A stretch of DNA of 63,823 nucleotides, counting the filler, from Collodictyon triciliatum (lineage: Eukaryota): NCBI GenBank assembly GCA_043381765.1. It is 11 parts of 11 records of this genome, joined end to end, with 100 filler letters (N's around TTAATTAATTAA, not from the genome) between each part and the next. Parts side by side here need not be neighbours in the genome. Positions count along the whole stretch, not along the records: positions 10,857 to 16,933 come from JBHJMP010004726.1; positions 17,034 to 23,109 come from JBHJMP010004727.1; positions 23,210 to 29,285 come from JBHJMP010004728.1; 8 more parts are not named here. One strand, 5' to 3'. Positions 12,200-23,384 of the stretch are shown piece by piece. Made by a program: the position numbers and the translations under genes. How positions within the stretch are numbered: the stretch's first letter is position 1; each line of letters starts with the position of its first letter. The notes under the pieces are model-generated. The model was not told the origin of the DNA and did no database searches. It saw only the letters and a list, made by a program, of their open reading frames with translations.

Positions 12200-13035
12200 T
12201 ATGCCTTCGACAATAATTTTTATACAAGTCATATTTTTGATACCATTCCTCTTGCTCTATTGGAACGATACTTACTCAGTCGAAGGACTGGATCAAATAT
12301 CAGACCGCAAATGACAGCAAATCACAATAAGAAAAACGATTTAGTTGATGGGCTTCCTCTACATGCTCCTTCCATATCTTTACTGGTGGTCAGGGATGCT
12401 GATGTTCTTTATGGGGGTGTACGGTATCTACGGCGCTCTTTTTCATACTCGCAGATGGACTCGAATTGTAGGGGGCATTCTCAAGTTTTAATTGTGACAA
12501 AGAATGACACTTCATACTTTTGCGAACATAATGTTTTGCTTCACATTCCGTTTTTTGCATGTTAATTATTCTCGCAGTATATCGGTTTATCTTCGGTATT
12601 CTTCATCCTGAGACTTGTGGAGCTCGCTGCAGATTTTCCAAATGAGAAGGACAAGCTAGGAGATGCAACAGTAGTTTTTGCATTGTTGATGGAGGTATAT
12701 GGTTTATACATATCCTGAATTTACCAAGAGAAAAAATACCTTTTATATTCTTATTTGTGGCTCTCCATTAAATATTTTACTTAATTCGCTCTATTTATGG
12801 TGCACAGCTCATGAGTTTCGGTCTTGGTGTCTTTATTCTGTTCAACAGCGATGGTATTGCACAATTGACGCTGGCTGTTATGTCATTATTTTAAAATTGA
12901 ACCCCTCGTTCGATTTGATGCTCACTTTATTGTATCAGGCGAGACTCACGAGTACACAATCCTGGATCGTCCATTCCATTCAGGAAGTTCGCTGTTCAGG
13001 ACTAGTGAGGGCCACAACACAAAAACATTCGTCTA
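12200..13035 (+). CDS. Small multi-pass membrane protein, about 4 TM segments
   Basis: In-phase exons GMLMFFMGVYGIYGALFHTRRW|YIGLSSVFFILRLVEL..VVFALLME|LMSFGLGVFILF..|..KTFV*. The first exon is uncertain. Confidence 0.5.
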
Positions 13036-13621
13036 AACAGAAGAAGAAAAAGCGAAAGTATTAAGATAAAAGGATTTCAAAGAAAATAATTTATTTCTTT
13101 ATTCCATGACTCTGTCATCTGGTTATGATGATTTTGGGTCAAAAGTCGGATAGATGAAGAGAATGAAGGAAATGAAAAGGGAAACCCCCAAATCACGAGA
13201 TACGACCACACTTCAAAAACCATCAAGCATATTCCCTTGATCAGCGCATATTTACCATTTATCATCCATTTGTTCCATACTTCCAGACATAGATTTTTTG
13301 GGAACGTTCCCTTATGCGGAAATAGAATAGAGAGTGTTCCCAATCGCTGGCGCACCTGAAGAAACTTGCTTTGTTGTTTAATTGCTATGCCACAATAGAA
13401 TATTCTTTTCCACGCGGATATACATGAATGACAAATGGCCAAAGTGGCGGAAGCAGCAAAGCATTCTGCTTTAATAGTCAGCTCTTTCTTATTCAACTGG
13501 ACGCCTGAGTAACAACCTTAGCAGTCAACATCTTTCAGAGCAGGAGACTCATCAATCTATGCACTGCGCAGTGTTGCGAAAGGCCCACGGAATCCCGCTT
13601 TGTTGAAGTTGCAAACCTGCC

Positions 13622-15976
13622 ATGAAGTTTGGGAAGCAATTAACGCTCAAGGCGCTTCCATCCTGGCTGCAGCATTATCTCGACTATGCAGCTCTCAAAA
13701 AGACAATACGAATCCCCTCGCAAGAGAGTCCGCGCAAAGGTGAAGCTCTTGTCTCCGATCAGGAGGCTGCAGATGCTTTCAAAGAGAAGTTTGCACTCGA
13801 GCTACGCAAGGTCACAGAGTTTTACACAGAGACTTACCAAAGTCAGAAGGGCAAGTACCACGATTTGCAGAAGGTGAGCTTCATCAATTTGTTTACACTG
13901 AAGTCCGCATGATTCAAAACTGTTGTATTATGATGCTTTGTTTGTAGTCACCAGAGTCCATGGACGAGAAAGACCTGAAGCAATGGACTGATCAATTGTC
14001 CGATATTTGTCAAACATGCGAGTCCCTTATCCACTACTCCCAATTAAACTTTGTTGGGTTTACAAAGATTCTGAAAAAATCTGACAAGAGATTTCCGGAA
14101 TCCCTCAGGTTTTTTCTTCTTATTGCATCTTTTCGGCTTCAGAATTTATTTTTTTGTCGCTTTAGAAATATATCTTTGAATTTTTAAAAGACAGATTTGA
14201 TTTTGCCATCGACATTTTTTTATTTTCTTCCTAACCTGCATTGATCTTTCCCAAAAAAAAAAGGCCCATATTAGGAGATACTCTCAAGTTATCCCCAATA
14301 AGCGATGTTAGTGAGCTCGAAAAAATTATTACCGAGGCAAAACAGGTGTTTTCTCTACTCTACCTTACCCCATGAGAATCCTGGAAGTTCTTCTCTTTCG
14401 TTTTTTCTTTCAATGTGTGCAAATAGGGAACTTATTTTTTCATTACTTCTGTATTGTTATTTTTTTAACTAAAAGAAAATTCTCTAATTCTTTTGAAACT
14501 TAGATATGGGTACAACATCAACCGCCGCAAACAGAAACAGGCACCTCTGAGCCTCTGGAAGGAATACCTGGTTGGTCGAGTGAAATTCCCATTGTCTCGT
14601 CTTTAGATTTGGACTCTCTTCCTACGAGCAAAGTGACAAGATTATGGGTTGCTATTGGCGTGAATGGATTATCCGAACCTATTCAAGTCCCTGTCGTTGT
14701 TGCAAAAGTAAAGTATATCACTTGCATGCATAAAAAAAAACATGGGATTATCACTATTCTGAAATCCTGAGAGCCATCTTTCGTTGGTATTAGGGATATA
14801 GATTTGGACCTATCTTCGGGATAACTGCGGCGCTGCATGGAAATGAACTTAATGGAATCCCTTTGATTCATAGACTGTTTCGTGAATTGGATTGTTCAAC
14901 CCTCACTGGTACTGTTGTTGCCGTCCTTGTTGCAAACAGCCCGGGATATCTGCGTGCGCAAAGGGGATACAGCGACGGTTCGGATTTGAATAGGTTAATG
15001 CCTGGAAAACCGAATGGTACTTCTGCTCAGGTATATCAATAATGCCTATCTTCTTTCCCATATTAGATGATTCACATACCTTGCACAACTTCATTTATCC
15101 TACGATTCATAGTTGTGATGTCGATGCTATATTTTCCAGGTCTATGCATACAATCTCATGGAAAGAATCATTCGTAAGTTCAATGTTCTGGTAGACTTAC
15201 ATACTGCGAGCACAGGGCGAGTGAATTCATTATATGTCCGAGCAAATATGAACGACCCTATTACTCGCCGAATGGCTATTCTCCAGCACCCTCAGGTATT
15301 CAAAAGTTTCAAAAGATTTTGAAACTACTTACTTCATTTACTTTGCTCGAAAAAAATGCGAAAGCTATCTCGTCACGCATCAGCGTGGTCAACATAACCT
15401 AAATTTCATCATTCGTCTTTCGTTTGCCCTTGTCTTTTATTTTTCGTTTTTCGTTCTTCCATAGTCGAAGCACCAGTAATTTCAATAATGTATAAAACTA
15501 TATAGATTATTGTCCACAATACTGGACCAGATGGCTCGTTGCGTGGGGCCGCGTGTGAAAGGAGTATTGCTTCTATCACTGTGGAGATTGGAGACCCGCA
15601 AACATTCCAAAAGCGATTTATCAAGTATGCTCTCTTGGGTGTAGAAAATATCCTTTGTAGCTTTAACATGGTTCCTCGTGAAGCAGAAAAACCTGATTAT
15701 GAGCCTGTTGTATGCACTCGCTCTTATTGGCGGTTCTCTGACACTGGGGGAATTTTGACTGTCTTGCCAGAAGTGAACACATGGGTTCGCAAAGACGAAG
15801 TTTTTGCTCAGATTCATTCCATCTTTGGAGACCTAGTGCAAGAGTATAAGGCCAGTGAAGACTCCATAGTCATCGGAAAGTCTGTCAATCCCGTTTGCCA
15901 GTCGGGCGATCGTATAATTCATTTTGGTGTTGTTGGCTCTGATTTCCATGCAAAGTCCAACGACGGGCACTTATGA
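13622..15976 (+). CDS. SPX domain fused to succinylglutamate desuccinylase/aspartoacylase (AstE/AspA, M14) domain; 7 exons: 13622-13873, 13948-14108, 14264-14345, 14504-14707, 14794-15030, 15140-15295, 15506-15976 (520 aa)
   Basis: SPX motifs MKFGKQL, YLDYAALKK, ELRKVTEFY, YSQLNFVGFTKILKKSDK. M14 motifs AALHGNELNG, DLNRLMPG, LVDLHTAS, ITVEIG. All six introns are GT-AG and preserve frame (1563 nt total). Confidence 0.9.
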
Positions 15977-16831
15977 TTCGGGGCAGCAAGCCTACTGAAT
16001 CGGGATTGAATGCTTTGCCCACTCCTTTCTATTTCCTCAATAGCTTTTTTCTTTGTTTCTCAAACATTTTTGAGAGTCTCGCCATAACGTTGTTACTTGT
16101 TTGATGCGAACCCTATCTTTATTCGATGGAAAATGAATAAACGGATGAAATGATTGGTTGGTTTAACAAAGCCATAGATGAGAATTTTTCTGCTTTATTT
16201 TATTTTTGGCGGTCGGTCGCTGCTGGACAGAACTAACAAAAAAAAAGTTTGTTGAAGCATATCTGGATTACATTTGTATTTAGTTATAAGACTAATTAAT
16301 TACATATTTCTGTTACTTAATGCTTAGAATCGTGGTGTGTTATTGTGAAGTGTAACTGAAGTATTTACAACACACGAACATAGCACTCTCTTTAACCGCA
16401 TATGACAAAAGTGGACACATCAGCCTTAATCTCATGACCGAGTTATGGGAACTCTAAATTGCTCAAAACATGAAATATCCATGGAAAATATACACAAAAG
16501 TACAAAAGTGCAATCTGTAGTGCGCCGGTTATTGTTTCGTGATGTCATAGTGTGGCTTACATGGTGTGTCACGCAATGATTGGCTCCTGTTTTCCCCATC
16601 CCTTCCAGGTTTGGGGATTTTCGGCGGGCAGTTAGTTTTCCTGGCGATCTTTTCCCTTCGGGTATTTAAGCAGACCGCCCTGGGCTAGTGTGTCGCGGCT
16701 CACAAATCAGAGCGAAAACGACCAGAGTTGGATGGTTGGAATCAGTCGTGTCCATCGCTGGTGACATGGAAGCACTCCAAAAGAGAGTGGAAAGCAATAT
16801 TTGTGTGGGGCCGTCATAGGATGCGGGTGAC

Positions 16832-16933
16832 AGTTTTAGTTTTAGTTTTAGTTTTAGTTTTAGTTTTAGTTTTAGTTTTAGTTTTAGTTTTAGTTTTAGT
16901 TTTAGTTTTAGTTTTAGTTTTAGTTTTAGTTTT
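16832..16933. repeat. (TTTTAG)n microsatellite at a contig end
   Basis: Directly visible. Confidence 0.9.
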
Positions 16934-18345
16934 NNNNNNNNNNNNNNNNNNNNNNNNNNNNNNNNNNNNNNNNNNNNTTAATTAATTAANNNNNNNNNNN
17001 NNNNNNNNNNNNNNNNNNNNNNNNNNNNNNNNNTCTTTTTCTTTTCTCTTTTTCTTTTCTCTTTTTCTTTTCTCTTTTTCTTTTCTCTTTTTCTTTTCTC
17101 TTTTTCTTTTCTCTTTTTCTTTTCTCTTTTTCCTTCCTGTAGTGTAGTCAGCCAAGAAACACCTCTAATCCCCGTTTTTCCATCTGGCGCGATTTACTCC
17201 CTTACTTTTGCATAATATGACCTTGTGAAGCTTCAATTTAATAAACTGAGATTTATGAATCCTGTAGATTTGGGAGCATGGTGAAAAGACATAGAAGACC
17301 CCCAAGCAAGGGGGGAAATACATATATGTATATTGTAATGGCGATAGCGTTCGCACAAAAGCTTATTTCTGGTATGTCTGCGAGCCTTGGGTGCACAACT
17401 AAAAGAATCCACATTTCGGCAGACTCTACTTTCCACATCTCCACCTACTTTGGATACGTGACTGATGGTTGAATGAACGATTGTTGAGAAACACCCAACG
17501 ACCAAGATTTTTATAACAAAAAAACCAAAAGATTCCACAAATAGATAATATGCTATACATTTTTGGAATATATATTATATAGCATTTATTTCCGATTAAA
17601 ATATATTAAATTCTTCTGTACACAAAAATTGATTACAGAAAATATATAATAGACAAATAGTGTAAAAGTTATTTATAAAAGGACGCATTTCCAATTTCGT
17701 GCATAATTCATCGAGTATATATAGTGGTTGAGGGTGCGATTGTCATTCAATGGCAATCCCTTGTGTGCGAACACATATCACAAACTTCTGTGGTACGTTC
17801 CAGAAGCACGGCCAGTCGCGATGAGTTTCTCATGGGGCTGCGCCTCGTGCGTCAGTCCCATCCGGCCATATTCGCTTGTGCTTTTTCGATGGAAACTCGT
17901 TGCGCACGTTTTTTTTTCAGCCAGTATTTCCCAAATATCTAATTTTCTAGAAAGACCTTTGTCTGATTCTATGCGTGTCCATTCGAGAGAAATTCAAATA
18001 AAAGGGAAAAAGAATGCCCTGATATTAAAAATAGAACAAGAGCAAAGCAAATTCGATAGCTCATCACTCAAATTGTTCGCTATATATCAAAACACGCCCA
18101 TATCAACCTTATCTGATCAAAGTAAAAAAAAATAATTGAAGAGGTGGAGAAAGGCCTTCGCAGGCTCTTGGAAAACATGATATATCATGTATTAAACATA
18201 GAGCTGATAATTCGCTCTTTCTTACTCCTGTCATCACAACAAGGCTATGACAACACGAACATTAATCACTAAACTACTTTGTTATTCTTGATATTGTTCC
18301 CCTTGTTTTGGTGCTTCCACACAGATAAATCCTACACGGTTGTGA

Positions 18346-19483
18346 ATGGATCCATTTGATTCTCTCCCGAAGCCAGAGCATGGCCTGACCAGCGAGATCT
18401 TTGCTGAGTTTGAGGAAACCATCAGTCTCTTTCTTGATAAAGAGCGCGATACTCAATTCCCCGAGCTGGACGACGCTCCTTTTCTTCCGTATCAACCCAG
18501 TAAGAACATCTACAGTAATGCTTGGACCCTCAAGCATTAAGTTCGAATGGATGTTCAATCTATTATATATTACATGGTACCGTCATCAGTCTGCCAACTC
18601 ATAGCAAGCCTATAGTTGATGCTAGATTGTCATTTATATTTAGGTATATATATTTTTACTTTAATTAAACTCAACCTCTCCTTTTTTTTCTTTCCTTTTT
18701 TTATTCGGATATGTTTCTCTGATAGATTTTCCGGCATCTGATTTCTCTTTTGTCGACGAAAATCGACTTGGCTTTTCATTCCCGGGTGGTGAGGGCACTC
18801 AACCACGCACCGCACTTGAGTACAGGACAAATACCCACGCCTCTCCATCCTGCTCTGCGAGTAGTATTACAAAGAGGAAAGTGTATGGTACATCTTCGAT
18901 GGAGTCTAAGAAAAGAATGTTGGGTCAGCATGAAAACTATCCTGACCACACACTGGAGCAAGGAAGTGAGGACCTTAGTTGTGAAGAAGACCAGGACGAC
19001 CAAGAGGGACATGATGACCAAGAACGCCAAACAGGAAGTTCAGAGGACTACACGTATCCTATCAGTAACGATGAAACAGATGAGTTTGCGTCAACAACCT
19101 CAACCTCGAAGGCTGGGCATAACCGAATCCCTAGTGAGGTGCGACAACGCATTGTCCAACTACGCATGAAAAACTTTAGTCTTCGCGAGATAGCTAAGCG
19201 TGTGCAATGCACTTTGTCAGCTGTTCAGTACACTGTGAAGAAATATTCTTGCTATCAAACTGTTGAAGACTTACCAAAATGTGGACGCACACCGCTTCTT
19301 CAATCCATCTCTGACGAGCTTCTCTTTAGCGCCTATGAGTCTACCTCTGCCAAAACCAATCGTGAGAGATTGAAATTGACTGCAGCACTCATGGCAGATT
19401 ATCTCGGCCGTGCTCCCTCTCATAAGACGATTTATAAGGAGATGTGCCGCAGAAAAAAGAAGATTGAATCGCCGGATGCCTGA
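18346..19483 (+). CDS. Acidic/low-complexity protein with a C-terminal Tc1/paired-like bipartite helix-turn-helix; exons 18346-18499 and 18726-19483
   Basis: Intron GTAAGA...ATAG joins the ORFs in frame. The C-terminus IPSEVRQRIVQLRMKNFSLREIAKRVQCTLSAVQYTVKKY..TVEDLPKCGRTP..LTAALMADYLGRAPSHKTIYKEM resembles the Tc1 transposase DNA-binding region. No DDE domain follows. Confidence 0.7.
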
Positions 19484-19589
19484 GGCATCCCACCATCCTG
19501 GGTGGATGGTTTGATGGCGACGCCATGAAACATATCAAAGACGATAGGGGTTGGACTACTTTATATATTTTTCCTGTTTTTTTTTTGTT

Positions 19590-19643
<54 letters not shown>

Positions 19644-22126
19644 GATTTTGTAATCTTCTCTTTGTCTTTTCTACGGATGAAAAGAGAGATTGAATGAATT
19701 TCAATCTTTAAAGAAGATTATTAAGAAATCTTGAAAAATTGCTTTTAATATTTTCTTTTTCCTTACAATTATCTCTTCTTTTTTTTTCTTTATCATTGGA
19801 ACCCGTTGATTCTCTTCTTACACAATCACAAAGTCATTTTCGTTATTGGTGTCGAGAAGACAAGAGGCAACAGGAGAATCCCTCGCTCAGAGCGACCAGA
19901 CTTGGTGCTCAAAAAAATTATCACTAAACACGTCTCAAGCCTCGTGTTGTGGTACCTGACCTTATTCACCATCGAGCAGAAGTAGAAGTGAAACTGATAC
20001 TGATGTTCTAGACCACATCTTTTTCTTTTTTTTTTTCTGGTGTATCATCAAGGAAAGTAAAAGGAATCATAGCCGTGGTGGGTGCTCTCATGCTAATGTT
20101 TGATCTACTCATCTTGTTGGCAACCTCTTGGTTCATAATCTAGCAGATGCCACTCCAGCATGAAGCAAAGTCCTCTCTTCGGAGGAAGGAGGAAGGAAAA
20201 GAGAAAGGCTCATTACACTTTTCCAATTGTGATTCAATGACTATGTACTGAAGCCCTCGCCCAAGACAGATTTACAAGGCTCTCACATCTGTTTTTCTCA
20301 CACGAGCCATTGTCCACTTAGCCCTCTGCCCAGATGTTTGTGCAGAGTTGAACGCTTCTTTCTCCCCATTATATTTCTTTCATTCAACGTTTTCACCTAC
20401 ATACTCAATCTTTCTCAAAAATCTGCTCCATATTCTATCAACTTTATATTTTTCATCTTTTTTTACTTGACCTTTTTTTAAGAAAAAATAGTAAATAATC
20501 CTGTTGAGGTGCTTGGGTGTCGATGACACTTTTTCAATACCCATCTCATCCCAAGGAAAACAGTCCACTGACCAAAAGAACCCCCCATATCGCTCCTTTG
20601 ATTACCACACCTTTTTATATTTTTTCGCTTCTTTTTTTCTTTTTCTTTTCTATTTCTTTTTCTTTTTCTTTTTCTTTATCTTTATCTTTATCTTTATCTT
20701 AATCTTTTTCTCCTTTTTTTTTTTTTTTTTTTTTTGCAATATCTTCGGTGACAACTGATTTCTTTTTCTACGACCTCGCATTGCGTCCTGACGGCTGTGA
20801 CAATGGGTGCCCTGTGCACGACGCATTGCCGTAAATCTCTTTCGTTGGAATATATTCCGCACATTCCAGTCTATATGTTTCTTTTCTCTCCATATTCTGC
20901 TCCACTCACTTTTTTTTTTAAAAAAAAAAACAATAATTTACTGTCGAAACAGTTGCTTGATGTTGTGACTTCGAGCGGCCTGGTCATCTACGAGTCACCA
21001 ATAAAAACACCCAACGCACAGTACGCCCATGAGCCTCTTCGCGGGATGCCTCTATGTCTTTGAACATGGTGTGATGGGAGTTTTGGGGGAATTCTCCAGA
21101 GTGGTTTTTGTTTGGGTGGCTCGGAATAAGATAAATTAAAACCCATATCCATCGCACTGAGAAAGTTGAGAGGGAAAATAAAAAAAAAAATCACAATAAT
21201 CAAGAAAAAGTATGTTTTGCCAAGAAGGAATCACACCGGGAAAGAAAAAAAGCCGCGTTCCCTGAGAAATGATTACATTATTAAACTGGCGTTCTTTCCT
21301 TCTTCTCTCAACCCGCCGCATTCTGAAGCCGGAAAAAAAAACACGCAAGAGATCGAAAAGAGCAATGCTGATTAGGACGAGACCGGCGCCATAGCCCTGC
21401 CTCATGGAATGCCTACTGACCGTACGCAAAACGAGAAGGCCAACAAAGCCGATCCAAATAGCGGAAAGGACACTTTACCACATCCCTTTACAACACAGGT
21501 TTATGCACCGAGGCACACACACGATCAAGACGACAGCCGCCACCGACCCGTGAGTACAACAACCTACTAAGATGGATCGAGCTCCTATGTTGGAGCAAGG
21601 TAGAGGCCAAGTAATAGTCTTTTGCACATGGAGCATGAGCATGCAATACACAATGAGGACAACTCCGTGACATGGGCAACTCCAACGCCCCTAGCATGCT
21701 ATCACAGAGAGATCTCAAAACATACAATATTCCAACCCATAGAACAATAAAACAAATGTCATCTTTTATTCTTTGGTATAAAGGATTATGTGTAAAATGA
21801 AGAATCAAGTCAAACATCTCTCGATGAAGTGGGTTAAAACAATTACGTAAAAAACAGTGGATAATTTTTATATCGTTTGAAATGATTGAGGTATTTTAAT
21901 GATGGCTTTTTATGATGCCGATGATGTTTTAAAAAGCGTGAATATCGAATGGCATGTTAATATAAATAGAAAAAACTATATAGTTCTTTTTGGCGGAGCG
22001 AGGAGATAAGCAAAAGGGTCATTCCATCACGTCCTGTCAGCATGAGCGACGATAAGTTTCCAAATACTTTGGTAAAAAAATAAGAAAAGTGGCTGCAATA
22101 TAAGGGGCAAGATGAAGCAAAAAAAA

Positions 22127-22333
22127 ATGGCGAGGGAGAGAAAAAGCAGTCTTGCAAAAGTCAAGAGGCAAAATGAGACGCCTAAAGAAATGGAGGAAGA
22201 CTGGCAAAGATGCGGGTTTACGGTAGGCAAAGACGGTAAAGGGAGATACTCAAGAAAAGAGATGAAAGGCTCCATGCCTAAGCGATTCGCGCAAGAAATC
22301 GAAGATAACTGGAGACACCTGAAAAAAGGCTGA
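22127..22333 (+). CDS. Possible small basic protein (68 aa)
   Basis: ATG-initiated ORF MARERKSSLAK...NWRHLKKG* in an AT-rich background. No family recognised. Confidence 0.3.
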   Translation: MARERKSSLAKVKRQNETPKEMEEDWQRCGFTVGKDGKGRYSRKEMKGSMPKRFAQEIEDNWRHLKKG

Positions 22334-23384
22334 AAGGCCTCAAGCTCTAGCCACCAACTCACGGGTAGCAAGATAAGTGTGAATATAATGCTCAGTATTA
22401 GTTGCTCTGATTCATTTATCCTTTTTTCTTTTCTTTTTCTTTTCTTTTTCTTTTCTTTTTCTTTTTCTTTTTCTTTTTCTTTTTCTTTTTCTTTTTCTTT
22501 TTCTTTTTCTTTTCTTTTTCTTTTCTTTTTCTTTTTCTTTTTTCTTTTCTGTTTCTTTTTCTTCTTTTTCTTCTTTTTTTTCCATCTATCATTCCCGTTG
22601 CAAACCCGAGTGTTCTCACTAGTCACTAATTAAAAAACTTTGAGTGTTTGTCTGCCACAAAGCGCATATTTTGAAAGTCGGTAGATGCTTAATTTTACAT
22701 TAATTGATTTTGTGCAGTTCAATATATAATTGACTGATTGACAAAAGTTTTATCAAAATTGAAAAATCGGTAGTTTTCTAGAGGAAAAAGTAAAACAAAG
22801 ACTTTCAAATGAAGAAAATAAAACATCTTGAGTCTGAGAGTCTAAAGTCTGTAAAACCTCACTATCGAAATGTGAAAACATCTCTAAAGTCGGTTGTAAA
22901 GAATGCGGATTACTATTATAAAATCAACGGCACCGTTTTATTGTGTCATAATTTGGTTACCGATACTCATCTGTTTGCAAGATGTTACATATTGAAATCA
23001 CAACCACTTCCAACAATCGATGAAACGTTTGTTTGTTTTTTGTGCGCTTTCAAGACAGTCGAAATAGTTTCACAAGATAGACCCGCAAGTTAAAAAAAAA
23101 AAAAAACAGNNNNNNNNNNNNNNNNNNNNNNNNNNNNNNNNNNNNNNNNNNNNTTAATTAATTAANNNNNNNNNNNNNNNNNNNNNNNNNNNNNNNNNNN
23201 NNNNNNNNNTCTATTTCTATTCTATTTCTATTCTATTTCTATTCTATTTCTATTCTATTTCTATTCTATTTCTATTCTATTTCTATTCTATTTCTATTCT
23301 ATTTCTATCTCTATTTCTATCTCTATTTCTATCTCTATTATTTTATTAATATGTTTTTATTTCCTTTACCATTTGCCCATGAAG

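Noticed and set aside
2103-15976. CYTH enzyme and SPX protein as a linked polyphosphate/VTC-like module
   Set aside because: They lie on different contigs, two linkers apart.
16832-16933. (TTTTAG)n as a telomere
   Set aside because: It lacks the G-run of typical telomeric repeats, starts right after a GT donor-like site and resembles the other contig-end microsatellites.
16560-17900. GC-richer segments as possible ncRNA or exons (also 19850-21750, 25870-26450, 35250-35420)
   Set aside because: They are probably exons or promoters, but no consistent spliced model or RNA family could be supported.
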